From Mobula hypostoma (lineage: Eukaryota), in assembly GCF_963921235.1 (NCBI RefSeq), contig NC_086097.1:157234001-157298000 (forward strand): a stretch of DNA of 64,000 nt, in the 5' to 3' direction. A program made the position numbers and the translations under genes. A model generated the notes under the pieces. It had not been told where the DNA came from. It did no database searches and saw only the letters and a program-made list of their open reading frames with translations. This document shows positions 51,730 through 64,000 of this stretch, piece by piece (position 1 is the first letter of the stretch; every line of letters begins with the position of its first letter).

Positions 51730-53084
51730 GTATGTCCAATGTTTCCACTGGTTGCCTTGCCAAGTCTGCACACAGACACAAGTATCATTGGTTAAGAGTA
51801 CCGACTGTGGTCCTATCCACCTGGGAGCGAACCCCAGCCTTTCTGGCAGCACCCTCACCATGAGTTAGTCGCCGGGCTGTGGAAGGACGATCTCCTTTCC
51901 CTCTGGCTCTCTCTGATCAGTGATTCGCTGCTGTTGTTTTGCTCGGTCCTTCAATACTTTAAGTTGATTACAAAGGTCTTTCACGTACTGTGTCATTCTA
52001 TCCCTGTAGGCCCCAGGCTCCGCACAACCCATAATTACCCCATGATATAACTTCAGTAATACCTGCCTAATACATGGTGGGGCCACCGCGACTCTTCCCT
52101 TCCCGTGTGTCCAGCTCCCGTCTGGCCCTCCTTTGCTCCCTTTCTCCGCCACCTCTCCTCTTCTGCCTCCACCTCTTCATATAATTTTACTAAACTGACT
52201 TCTGTCACTTCTTCCTGCACATTCGCAATTTCAGTTGCCTCTTGTCCCCCTGCTACCTTATTCGCAATAATGTCTGCCCTCGGAGGGACTGGAAAATCTT
52301 TATGTTCTGGAGACAAGCCATTCAGGATTGCTACAGGGCCGGCCACTATGGGATGCAATCTTGACATGGTCTTAAGGGCGGTATAGCCTCTTAATGGATA
52401 TAATTCACTGGGCTTTACTGGCCATGTAAACAAGTTAGTAGTGGCCGCAGTCTCTCTGAGTATCCCCTGGTGTTTTTGTTCCTTCACTATACCCTGAACA
52501 GCAGTCAGTGTGTTAGTTTTTATAGGGTACTGCTTATAGGGTTTATACAGACCCTCCTCTATTTTAACTGGGTTTATCTTTACTCGACCACAATCTTGCT
52601 TGTGTCTAGCTCACATAGCTGGGAATTGTTGACAAGGTAGCCCATAGACCCCATACTGGCTTCAGTCTCTGGTGATGGTGGCAGCTGCGACTATACTAGC
52701 CAGGTTGTGTATTCTGTTGGTTATGTGTGTTCGCTGCCTCTGACTTTTCCATGTTATTTCTCCCTTTTCCGAATCTATAACAGCTCTTGCTTCCCTGAGG
52801 ATGTCTATTCCAAGGATAGTGCCCTCGATATTTGGACGTACCCAGAAATGCACTGGGAGCTGCATTCCCCCGATTTCTAGTACTTGTGACTTGCTTTTTT
52901 CTGCTTTCACCGCTTTCCCTCCTACACCCCTAATATCAATGGCCTGTCCGGTTGTTGGCAAGGGTAGGTCTGTTATTGATACCGATGCCCTTGTGTCCAC
53001 TAACATATTGCATTGCCGTCCCCGTAACAAGGCTATTGTGTACATCCGTAGGTCACCTGCGCTGGCAGTGGGGCCCGCCGCCAC
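51730..53084 (-). pseudogene. pol: pro-pol remnant with large deletions
   Basis: LVDTRAS...ILGIDIL protease; RHKQDCGRV..YKQYPI..QGIL..TWPVKP RT start; RQVLLKLYHG integrase start; FAPRWIGPQSVLLT integrase C-terminus; RT, RNase H and IN catalytic cores missing. Confidence 0.85.
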
Positions 53085-53099
53085 ATCTTTTTCTCACCT

Positions 53100-54050
53100 A
53101 GGAGGGGTCATTACTAGCTCTTTGATCTGATCGACAGTCAGACTAGTCAGACTGGGCACCGATGGGGTGAAAGATTACGTGTCTGCTCCGACATTCACAT
53201 GTTTTTCCTTCCTCTTTTTTGGACACTGCCTCCAACCATATCCCAATAGGCCGCACCTGTAGCATATCAACTCCTCTACCTTCCCACGTCTATTCCAGCA
53301 ATTCCTCGCTTGTGCCCTGGCTGCCGGCAAACAAAGCAAACTCTCTGGGACATCTCAGCAGCTGCATCCACTATGGCCACTTTACGATCTCTATTGCACT
53401 TTCTTTGGTCTATCTCACTGGCCCATGAAACTATCACAGAGTAGGTTGACCCCACTGTTAAGCCTAAATCTAAAACTTCCTGGTGGGCTGAGCTCAAGCC
53501 TTCCTTCAGCATTTTCAGGAAGACTTGGTCGTCCCTCCCTGGATTATCCAACCCTGAATACTCCTCACATGCTCAATATTTACGTTCTGCATAATCCACG
53601 GCCATCTCATCTGCTTTTTGAATCACTGCCATTATCGCTCCCCAGTTACTCTTGTCTCCCCCCAGTCGCTGCCTCACTTCCCCTTTAAAAGAACGATGTC
53701 TTTCTTTATTGTGGCATTCCCGGTAGTTGCCCAGGAACCATCCCGCACCCCCTGGGCCACCCTGTCCCACATATTCCCTGGAAACTTTGCTTTTACCAAC
53801 ACATGTATATTTTTAGGGTGCATCTGGTGAACTTCAACCATTTCCTCAAGTTTACACCAGAATTCTGAATTCCCACATGCAACTTTAAGTGAGGGCAACT
53901 CAGACAAAATGTTCTGTCTCTCGCCAGCGGTGAAGGGCTTATGAATGGTCATAATAATTGTCAAGGGCTGACTTGGATCATCAGGGTTCTCGACCTGACG
54001 TTGCTTGATCTCAACAGGTGCCATCCTGACAGATATATCTGGGTAAAACC
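53100..54050 (-). pseudogene. gag: gag remnant
   Basis: Frameshifted ORFs; CFVCRQPGH and CYRCGLLGYGWRQC zinc-knuckle-like motifs directly upstream of the protease. Confidence 0.8.
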
Positions 54051-55074
54051 TCTGCCTGAAACACCACCACAGTAATTCCCACACTACACAACATATAAAA
54101 CAGGGGTACCAGTTAAACAGCACGTACTTAAAACCGTAGAGTATGTGCTCCACAATCTGCCACTTTTGAGCACTTGAACTCATGTTGCCTGCTGTATTCC
54201 TTTGCATCGCACTTGCAAACACATACACTAAAATGCAGCTCCCCGAATGAGTACACACGCCCCCACTCCGGAGACCCAAACTGTCGGTAACCACCCTTCA
54301 CAAATGGAGAATGCTTTCTTTTGAAGCTGCATGCAAACTTCACACGTCCTGGTTCACATCCATCCCACAGACGCCAGTATCGATTACAAACTAAGTCCAC
54401 AATACATTGTCAAGGAACAGAAGACCGGTAGCCAAAGTCATTTGCTAAATGTAAATGACATAAACCCAAAAATCACTCTAACAATGGTAATATAATTGGC
54501 AAACTTGTAGATGGAACTAAAGCAGACTCTAGCCATGGAAGTATTGCTGCCTACCCTTACTGATTACAGTCTATTTGTGAGGAAGCCAAGGATCCAAATG
54601 CAAAGGGAAGTGTTGAGTCCCAGATATACAAGTTTGAAGGTGAGTTTGCTTGGAGATATAATGTTGAAGGTAAAGCTGTAGCCAATGAGCAATGGTCTAA
54701 TGTAAGATGGCTTTACTGTCCAGATTCTCCAGAGATACGCACAGCAAGTGTAAGGCCAGAGTAATGGCATCCACCGCATATCTATTTTTGAAGTAGGTGA
54801 ATTGTGGTGAGCCAAGGTTGTCAGATGGGCAGCTTCTATCCCACATATGAGTTTTGAATTAATACATATCATGACCAGCATCTTGAAGCAATTCATGATG
54901 TTGGATATCAGAGCCACCCAGCAGTTGTCATTAAGGTGTCTTATCTTGTTTTTCTTACATACTGGGGTGCCACAACAGGTCAACAGCAGATTTTATTTGA
55001 TTGGCTCTTCATTCAGCTCTGGAACATGTGGACAGTGAAGATGCTTACATCACGATTCTCTTCATTGACTGCAG

Positions 55075-55705
55075 ATATTCATTTAGTATCATCATCCCCT
55101 CAAAACTAATCTACAAACTTCAAGACCTAGGTCTCAATACATTGTTATGCAAATAGATCATCAATCTGCTGACCCAAGTCTCCACAATCACCATCAGCAC
55201 AGGTGCACCACAAGGCTGTGTGCTTAGCCTCTGCGTTACTTTAAATTACTTTTGCAGGAAAGTAATTTCCATCGTCAAAGACACCCGCCACCTGCGCCAT
55301 GTTTTCTTTTCACTGCTGCCATTAAGAAGGTGGTCAAGGAGCCTTAGGACACACACCACCAGCCTCAGAAACTGTTATGACCCCTAAACTATCAGAATCT
55401 TGAACCAGAGGGGATAACTTCACTCTATGTTACTCACCCCAACACTAAACTGTTCCCACAACCTATGGACTCATTTTCAGAGACTCTTCATCTCATGTTC
55501 TTGATATTGATTGGTTATTTATTTATTATTATTATTTTTGTATTGGCACAATTTGTTGTCATATGCACATGGAGTTGTTTGTCCTTCTTATTGTGTGTGT
55601 GTTTTATAGACTTTATGGTGTTTCCCTGTACCTACTGTGAATGCCCATAAGAAGATAAATCTCAAGATGGTGACGTATTTTGTTAATAAACTTGATCTGA
55701 ACTTT
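55075..55705 (+). mobile_element. Rex1/Babar fragments and 3' UTR
   Basis: TISTGAPQGCVLS; SIVKDTRHLRHVFFSLLP; tail aataaacttgatctgaactttga. Confidence 0.75.
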
Positions 55706-56809
55706 GATAGCAGATGGAAAACTCCGATTCAAGCAGGGAGAGGTGAAAAATGTCTGCAAATACCCCCACTAGCTGGATCTGAGCAGGGTCCGAGGATAGA
55801 CGAGGGGTACCATCCAGACCCAGAAACCCTTCACAAATTCATCTCTGGAAGACTGATCTTGCATCTGCAGTTGCGACTGTAGGTCCAGATGCATTAAACT
55901 TAAATTATTTTGTGAAGAGTAGGAGGAAAAACTGATGAAGAGGTAGGGGACTTGAAGTTACTGTGTGGAAGAATGATGGGATTAGAAGTTCTTATCTCAT
56001 TTAAAGTAAGTGCCTGGGTGAGCACTTGAAGCTCCACACCAATTTGGGCAACAAGATTAGCCTGGTCTATTTGTGATGGTGGTAATGGTAGGCCAAATTA
56101 CCTCCTTTTGTGTTGTAAATTTTAATGATTCTATGATCCACAGCCAACATTGACTTTACGTGGGACTCAGTCCTCAATAGTAGATGCTTTTGGAGATTCT
56201 GTTTGTTGTTATTGTTAGGAAGTAGGAGCTATAATTAGGAGTTATGGCGTAGTAGATATTTCATACAAAGAAAAGTCAGTATTCAAACTGTTTTCAAATG
56301 TAACCCACAAACAGTAATTGGTCTTAAAATTACAAAGACAGCTACATAAACAAATACCACACTGATGAAAAGTGCAGCCTACTGCACACTGCAGAGGGCC
56401 ACTAAATACAAATACTTTGGAAAATAAAAAGAAAACCTCTTAGCAGTTACCTGTATAAAGATACCTTGAAAAAGCTGACATCAATCAATACAATAGAGTG
56501 TACAGAGCACTGGAATAGCCATTAGGCAAGTGACATCATAATCTTTGCACCACTAGATAGAGGAACGCAATAGATCAGAATCAGAAGCAGTTTTAATAGC
56601 ATTGGCATATATCATGAAATATGTTAACTTTACAGCAGCAGTAAAATGAAATGCATGATAAATAAATATAGTGAAATGATTAAATTATGTTAAATATTTA
56701 TTTATTTAAAAGGTTAAGTTAAAATGTAATTCCAAAAAAAACCTCATAATCCTGGTCTCATTTGTCAATCTATACTTGTATGGCAGGGTGGGATGCGTCT
56801 CTACCAAAG

Positions 56810-57405
56810 GAAGTCAATTCAAGTCGTGAAGTTTACTGTCATTTAACTACATACATGTATTTAATGTTCATAGAAATGAAACGTTTCTTCGAATCAAGGT
56901 GTGCAGCACATAACACACGATAACGTAGGAAGGCAAGGATAAAATCTACAGATAAATTGCACATAAATACCAAACTGAATTGCATTAATACTAAATATCG
57001 TAAAGTACGGAACAGATTAACCAGTGACACTTCAAAGACAATGCAGTCGGGACTTCAGATGTCTATGGTCTGGAGGAAGAAACTGTTTCTCATCCTGACC
57101 GTTCTTGTTTTTGTGCATCGTTGTTTCCTGCCTGATGGTAGAAAGTCAAAGAGGATGGGTAAAATCCTTAATAATACTAAGGGGCCTGCATAGGCAGCGC
57201 TCCTGATAAATGTCCCTGATGGATGGTAGGGAGACCTCTATGATCCTCTCAGCTGCTCTCACAATCCTTTGTAGGGACCTCAGGTCCGATGCTCAACCAC
57301 CCCCATACCAGATGGAGATGCAACTTGTCAGGATGTTCTCAAAGGTGATCCTGTGAAATGCAGTTAAGCTGGGAAGTGGGAGCCTTGCTTGCCTTAATCT
57401 TCATG
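56810..57405 (-). mobile_element. Rex1/Babar 3' end
   Basis: Minus reads LTSCISIWYG...LPSIRDIYQERC...FLPSGRKQR..TRTVRMRNSFF. Confidence 0.8.
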
Positions 57406-57959
57406 TTGAATATAATGTCCTCCAAAGGGGTTGTCTATTGGCGAGCCCTCAGGTGGCTGTAGACATTGAACTGGGCTGTTAGGGTCGATTTCCTTACTGG
57501 AGAATGCCTGTGTGTGACATTGTTTAAAATGGGCAGGTTGATGCACAGGCAGCTACCACACCGTCCTTGACGGATCGGGATCGGGATCGGGGTCAAGATC
57601 TAGTGGCATGGAGTGTGAGGGAACTGAGGACCCTTCATTTCTGCAGGCTTCCTCCACCTTCACTGCTGTTGTGATGTCTCATCATCTCCATCAGCTCAAT
57701 TGCTGGGGTCTCGGTTAGATCGCTCTTTGACTGAAACTTCCTCCTAGACCTTACCACACTGGGGTGACCTTACCAGGAGCTAAGCACCTGATGGCTGAAC
57801 TCCAGACAGCATTACTCTTAGGATCTCCGGAACTCACAAGCATCTCCAGCACAAAAAGGTGACAATCCTCAGAGAAGGGAATGGATAGAACAAAGGGACT
57901 GTCTCTATAGGGTGAACCCAGTTAAGGGAAGTAGCAGTGAGGATCAGATTATCCTTCTT

Positions 57960-58255
57960 TGTCTGAGAAATATGTTGCAACATAGCATGTTCTAGCAGGC
58001 TGATGATGAAGAAAAAGATACACTGAACCAAAAGATGATAGACAGAAATATCCACTTCTGATACACACATAAAGAAGGAGTGAGAAATCTAAAATTGGAG
58101 AGTTCAACAACAAGTTCAGAAGACTGGATCACGCCCAGGTAGAGGAAGAGGTGTTGTTGCTCAAGTTTACACTGTGTCAAACTAACAGTGCAGAAGGCCC
58201 CGGACGGAAAGATCAGAGTGGGCAGAGGATGTTGAATTAAGATGGCAGGCAATAG
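57960..58255 (-). mobile_element. Penelope-like ORF 3' fragment
   Basis: TQCKLEQQHLFLYLGVIQSSELVVELSNFR, homologous to the peptide at 6360-6484. Confidence 0.7.
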
Positions 58256-58298
58256 AATTCTCCAGCAGACTTGAAGTCTTGCACTGCCTAGTCCTTAC

Positions 58299-58420
58299 TT
58301 GGTACCAGCTCAGGAATTGTGCTTAGCTTCCTGCATTTGCCCAGGTAGAAATTCCACATCCAGGGCTTGCTATCAAAGCAAGCCTTCACAAAATTTCTGC
58401 AGTATGGATCATTTACCACA
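58299..58420 (-). CDS. Candidate exon of the minus-strand gene
   Basis: Strong pyrimidine tract tttcttgttttccctcctttc but unusual gag acceptor; VVNDPYCRNFVKACFDSKPWMWNFYLGKCRKLSTIPELVP; donor gtaagg; phases 2-1. Confidence 0.42.
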
Positions 58421-58761
58421 CTCCAGGTTGAAAGGAGGGAAAACAAGAAACTAATGCAAGATTGTACAATCCATTGACTTCACTTTGAGATTACAGATTT
58501 AATAGATTTAAAATAAATTCAAAACATAGCAACAGTATAACTCATTAATTAAAAATAATGAAGTGTTTCAATATGTAATCTTCCATATTGAAGGCCGTTG
58601 TGGTATAGAAGCACAGAACATGAAAAATCAAATCAAGAGTAGCCTATTCTGGCATTTGAGCCTTTCAGTAATATCAAGGGTGATGCTCTATCTCAACAGC
58701 ATGTTACTATTCTCTTGCTATAACCTTAATCTCTTCTGTTTCTGAAATGCCATGAAATGCC

Positions 58762-59955
58762 CTGACCCACCTGGACAGCCCCAACTCTTACATCAGAATG
58801 CTGTTCGTTGACTTCAGTTCGGCAGTCAGTACTATGATCCCCTCCAAGCTGATCACCAAACTTCGCCAGCTTGGTACCAGCTCATCCCTCTGCAATTGGA
58901 CCTTGGACTTTCTGACTATCAGACCCCAATTAGTTAAGTAAGACAACCTCTCCTCCTCCACTCTCACCCTGAACACCAGTGTACCTCAAGGCTGTGTGCT
59001 GAGCCCTCTTCTGTACTCCCTTTTCACCTATGACTGCGTTCCTATACATGGTTCTAACTCCATAATAAAGTTTGCAGACAACACCATAGTGGTTGGTCTG
59101 ATCAGAGGGGATGACGAGACGGCCTACAGGGACAAGGTCCAGCACCTGGCTATGTGGTGTGCCGACAACAATCTGGCCCTTAACACCCAGAAGACCAAGG
59201 AGATCATTGTGGACTTCAGGCATTCTAGGAGCCACACTCACATCCCCATCTACATCAACGGAGCTGTAGTGGAGCATGTATCAAGTTTAAAATTCCTCGG
59301 TGTCCACATTTCCAAGGATCTCACCTGGTCCCTGAACTCCTCCATCCAAATCAAAAAGGCGCAACAGTGCCTTTATTTCCTGCGGAGCATCAAGAAATCT
59401 CACCTCTGTCCCAGGATACTGACGGACCTTTACCACTGTACCATTGAGAGCATACTCACCAATTGCATCTCAGTGTGGTATGGCAATTGTCCCGTATCGG
59501 ACTGCGAAACACTCCAGCGTGTGGTGAAAATTGCCCAGCAGATTATTGGCACCCAATTGCCCACCATTGAGAACACCTACCATAAATGCTGCCTGGGCAG
59601 GGCGAAAAGCATTATCAAGGATGCATCTCGCCCTAACCATGGACTTTTTACTCTCCTCCCATCCAGTAGGTGCTACAGGAGCCTCCGCTCCCGCACCAGC
59701 AGGCACAGGTGAGCTTCTTCCCTGAGGTTGTGACCCTGCTGAACCTCACACCACAGCACTAAGCAGTATTGCACCCATATTGTACTGTCTCAGTACTTTT
59801 ATATTTGTGTGCTGTAGCACTTACTTTTTATTTGCAGTTATTTTGTAAATAACACTATTCTTTACATTTCTGGTCAGATGCTAACTGCATTTCATTGGCT
59901 TTGTATCTGTACTTGGCACAATGGCAAAAAAGTTGAATCTAATCTAATCTAATTT
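58762..59955 (+). mobile_element. Relatively young 5'-truncated Rex1/Babar LINE
   Basis: 238 aa ORF PQGCVLSPLLYSLFTYDC..KFADNT..WCADNNLALNTQKTKEIIVDFR; tail gaatctaatctaatcta. Confidence 0.95.
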
Positions 59956-59965
59956 CCTTATATAC

Positions 59966-60475
59966 ATACAGTCAGCAGCCACTTTATTATGTACACCTCC
60001 TCATTAGTACAGATATCTAATCAGCCAATCAGGTGACGATAACAATGCATAAAAGCATGAAAATGTGGTTAGGTAGTTCAGTTGTTGTTCAGACCAAACA
60101 TCAGAATGAGGAAAAAATGTGATCTAAGTGACATTGACCGTGGATTGATTATTGTTGCCAGTCAGGATAAATTGAGTATCTCAGAAGCTGCCTGGGATTT
60201 TCATGCACAATTGTTTCTAGAGTTTACAAAGAATGGTGTGATAAATAAACAAACAAACAAAAAAACATCCAGTGAACAGTAGCTCTCTGCTTGAGTACAG
60301 CTTGTTAATGACAGAAGTCTAAGGAGAATGGCCAGACTGGTTCGAGCTGACAGAAGGGTGACAGTAAATCAAGTAGAACACGTTACAACAGAGCATCACA
60401 GAACATACAACACATTCAACCTTGAAATGGATGGGTTATAGCAGCAGAGACCATGAACATACACTCAGTGCCCCT
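59966..60475. mobile_element. Tc1-like non-autonomous element
   Basis: tacagtcagcagccactttatt start; KKCDLSDIDRGLIIVA..LSISEAA transposase N-terminal remnant; homologous to 46498-47133. Confidence 0.75.
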
Positions 60476-60900
60476 ATTATCAAAATCTCTTGCTACAAGG
60501 GCCACAATGCCAATTGCTTTTTTAGCTGCTTGTTACACCTGCAGGTTAGTTGTCAGTGACTGGGCTGCTAGGACTAAATCCTTTTTGTTCATTAGCATCT
60601 CCCAGTCTATCGCTATTTAAAAAAAATACTCTGCCTTTCTGTTTCACTACCAAAGCAGATAACTCAAGGTTATATTGCATCTGCCATGCATTTGCCCACT
60701 TATTTAATTCGGCTATATTATCTTGAAGCTTCTTTGCATCTTCTTCACACCACACCATCAGATCCAGTTTCATGCCATCAGCAAACTTAGAAATAATTAA
60801 TTCAGTTCACTCTTCCAAATCATTGATGCGTATTGTGAATAGGTAGAATTCAGATGCTGTTCCCTACGTAACCCTGCTTATTATCTCCTGCTACCCAAGA
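60476..60900 (-). mobile_element. CR1 RT fragment
   Basis: SKFADGMKLD...LQDNIAELNKWANAWQMQYN. Confidence 0.8.
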
Positions 60901-61547
60901 ACGTTCTGTAACAGATTAAACAATCCAAATGGTAATTAAATTTGTATACAGTAATGAGTAAGAAAAGAGAATTATGAAGATAGAGGAATATAGGAGATGA
61001 GATGTCATGGTGTTATGACTCAGTTGCATGTGGCAAGAGAAAGACAAGTATGACTAAAGCCTCTGCAACTCTCTCCCACTGTAATTTGGAGACACAGGTG
61101 TTCTATGGCATGCTAATTACTTATATCTCTGAATGGAAATTAGATTATTAATATAGCAAAAAAAAAGAAGCAGCTAAGTAATGTGTTGTCACTAGGCCCA
61201 TTTTCAATTATTCTCCATATTTCTAACAATGAGATACATAATCTCAATGTACCTAACATATGCTGTGAAGTAATTGCTTCAAATTAATGAGCTTGATTTC
61301 CATGTAACATCACATTATCAAATGTGCCGTGGTTACTTATTCATTTCCCTCAAATTATAAACTGTCAGCTCAATGAGTTCATTGAGGAACCCCTTCAATA
61401 TCATCAATGACGCAAACTACTGAAGAAAAATACGACTTTGATGCAGTTGAATTATATTCAGATGCTTTATCATATTCTTAAGGCCATCCAGTTCTTTATA
61501 AGAAGTGATTAAGGTATTCATTATTCAACAGAATCTTGTTAATATAC

Positions 61548-61619
61548 CTCATTAGCAAGTATTTTTGCTCCTGTACATGAAAAGGCACTCGACAGCATTT
61601 CTTTGTGAGTGTTTTTTTC
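61548..61619 (-). CDS. Candidate exon of the minus-strand gene
   Basis: Acceptor catttgcaacatttcag; KKTLTKKCCRVPFHVQEQKYLLM; donor GAG/gtatat; phases 2-2. Confidence 0.3.
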
Positions 61620-63379
61620 CTGAAATGTTGCAAATGCAGTGGATAATTGTGACAAACTAGTTGACCATGTTTAACAACCATTTCATGTGCAGCCAGATTT
61701 CACAAAGTTCTATGTTAATAACCACTGATTATACAGTCATCGACCGGAACGTTAACTCTTCCCTCTTTCCGCATATGTTACTGCTGAATAGTTTCAGAGT
61801 TTTCTGTTAATATTTCAAGTTTTCATCATCTATATTATTTAGCTTTTGTATCTATTCATTTATATTCGGTTGTGGTGATAAAAATCCTCGTTATTCCCCA
61901 AATAATGCACTGTAAACCAAGGCATTTTATCATCCTTTATCATATACTGAAACACCATATTATCTTATATCCATACATCTTGGGGTAGGATTTAGCCTTC
62001 AGTTTTCTAGAAAAGTCGGACAGATTGTGATGGAGTTGTTGATATTGAAGTCAGCCTTCCAATTTGTACATTAATTTAATGTCCACAGCTGAGTAAGTCA
62101 GACCATGAAATTATGAGCTTTTATTCAGATTTTATTTTGGGTTTGCAGTATCTGAATTATTTTTTTCATTCGTTTTAATTGAGTGTAACATTGTGACTGA
62201 TTACATCTTCCAGTCTCGTTAGCCTATTATAGGAAAGAGAAGTTAAATTGAAAGAGTGCAATAAAGATTGATGAGAATGTGAGAATGTTGACAAGGGAGA
62301 CACTGACAGATAGAACTTCGTTCCTTAGAACTGAGGGTGTGTTATAGAGCTATATAAAACCACAAGGACGTACAGTGAATGCATGAGCATATTTGCAGAG
62401 AAAGGGAATCAAAAGATAGCAGGGCGTAGGCTTAAGGTGAGAGGGGTAAAATTTAAGAAGAACACGAGAGGCATCCTTTTCACACAGTGTGTGATGCGTA
62501 TATTGAACAAGCTGCCTGAGGAAGCGGTTAAATTTACTTACTTAGGCCCAACACCCCTACTGAACCATTGGCCACTGATAGAAGCTCACCAGAATCCTCT
62601 ACCCTGGGCTATTCTTTAAAGTTGTCCCTAGGTTTAGCCCATCTTGAAGATCCAACTTCTGCGAGGGATACTTCATTGCACCTGTGTCTGAACAAATGAC
62701 AATAAACTCTGACTTTGAACTGGATTTGCTACATGTCAAACAGCAATAGAAACTCGTAACAAGAATGAATAAATTCAGATAGCTAAAGCTAATCAGGAAC
62801 AGATTCGTATGAAGAGATTCATATAATTAATTTCTTGGGGCTGAATTTAATTTAATATTTTATGTGACATGAAAATGAAAATTTGGGCCTCAATCAAAAT
62901 TGCTGTTCTAGCTCGTCGTTAGAGCAAGATGCCACCTGATAAAGGAGTAGAGGTCAATATATGAAATGGCTCCTAGGAGACTTGCTAAATACTGATTGTT
63001 GCTTAAAGATCTGCATATCATTTTGATGCCTGGTGCAGCAGCTGATAACTCCTCTTAGCAAATAGCAGCTGTTCAAGAGAAAACATGCTATTGATACCAA
63101 TTTCAAGTACTAAGAATTGCACTCTTTCATATTCATTGCTTCTTCAGATGCAAAGGCCGTTTCAGAAATACATTGGCATGTTGATTGGCCATAATAAATT
63201 GTCACTGGTGTGCTGATGAGTGGTAAAATCTGAGCAGGGCTAGCAGGAAGAATAAAATGGGATTACTGTAGGATTGACTTTTATGAGTACATGTTGATCA
63301 GTGAAATTTTGGTGATCATTCGCCAAAGCTACACCAAAACTGAGCAGCATTTAGTACAGAAGTTCTTTGAAAACTTTAC

Positions 63380-63945
63380 TGTTATGAATAATTGCTGTAC
63401 CAGTCTACCTGGCTGGACACCTTATAGCAATCACCATAAAAGAATAATTATATACTTGGCTTTGGGCACCCAGTTTCATTCTGATCATGAACAGAATTAG
63501 AATATTTGCCATGTAGAGTAAGACCAGATGCTCTTTGGCAAACTTAGTAGAGTTCTTTGAGGACCCAACGAGCACAATGGGCAAGGGAACAGGTGGATGT
63601 TGTATATATGGATGTCCAGAAGGCATTCAATATGGTGCCACATAAAAGAGTAGAAATAGGGGATGTAGTCTAAAGACTTAGGATGGAGATGAGGAGAAAC
63701 TGCTCATCCCAGACAGTAGTGAATCCGTGCAATTCTCTGCCCAGGGAAGCATTAGAGACTACCTTATTAAATATATGCAAGACATAGTAAGATAGATTTT
63801 TTCATAGTAAGAGAATTAAAGGTCATAGGGAAAAGGCAGGTAGGTGGAGCTGAGCCAAAGACCAGATCAGCCCTGATCTTATTAAATGACGGAGCAGGCT
63901 CAGCGGGCCAGATGACCAACTCTGCTCATATTTCTTATGTTCTTA
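63380..63945 (+). mobile_element. CR1 fragments (RT and 3' end)
   Basis: SLANLVEFFED..VDVVYMDVQKAFNMVPHKR; tail ttcttatgttctta. Confidence 0.8.
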
Positions 63946-64000
63946 AGTTGGAGGAGAAAGGAATACATGAATAATTATGGCAAAGTCCCATTCTCCATCA

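Larger units (their letters stand above)
50454..54483 (-). mobile_element. Internally deleted endogenous retrovirus-like LTR element
   Basis: LTRs 50454-50843 and partial ~54310-54483; TSD-like gtggt/atggt; PPT aagaggaggaac; gag with two CCHC-like knuckles, protease, RT N-terminus, integrase ends. Confidence 0.9.
49600..54970 (-). mobile_element. Rex1/Babar LINE split by the provirus
   Basis: 54484-54970 (VALISNIMNCFKMLV, LCIWILGFLTNR, IYKFAN) continues at 50453-49600 (IVDCTSNNEES...SLVTRCHDNNLFLN..VESFKF). Confidence 0.85.

Noticed and set aside
55710..55890. GC-richer island with an 81-aa ORF
   Set aside because: ORF begins in a LINE tail; no motif or splice signals found; origin unknown
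58996..59712. 238-aa RT ORF as an active or domesticated gene
   Set aside because: 5'-truncated LINE; catalytic ADD changed to ADN; ORF ends prematurely
1..64000. Prokaryotic systems (CRISPR arrays, operons, retrons, defence islands)
   Set aside because: No regularly spaced repeat-spacer array or gene-dense region; all RT motifs belong to eukaryotic retroelements

Overview
Eukaryotic, AT-rich, repeat-dominated genomic DNA. The repeat set (CR1, Rex1/Babar, Penelope, HE1-like SINEs, Tc1/mariner and hAT elements, Gypsy) suggests a cartilaginous fish, probably a ray or skate (inference). Most of the ORF track is decayed transposable-element sequence or noise, and I found no intact autonomous element. 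Main points: (1) a dispersed family of short Penelope-derived repeats carrying a minimal hammerhead ribozyme, with one intact, TSD-flanked copy (38921-38958). (2) An internally deleted retrovirus-like provirus (50454-54483, minus strand) nested in a Rex1/Babar LINE; where env would lie it has a splice acceptor, a strong Kozak ATG and a decayed unknown ORF. (3) A rearranged chromovirus (15382-18736) with an inverted copy of its own PPT end inside integrase. (4) Several multi-layer nested insertions and templated duplications. (5) Two tentative, convergent, phase-consistent chains of host exons that I could not assign to a known gene. All element families and exon models were called by eye; boundaries without a TSD or LTR terminus are approximate.
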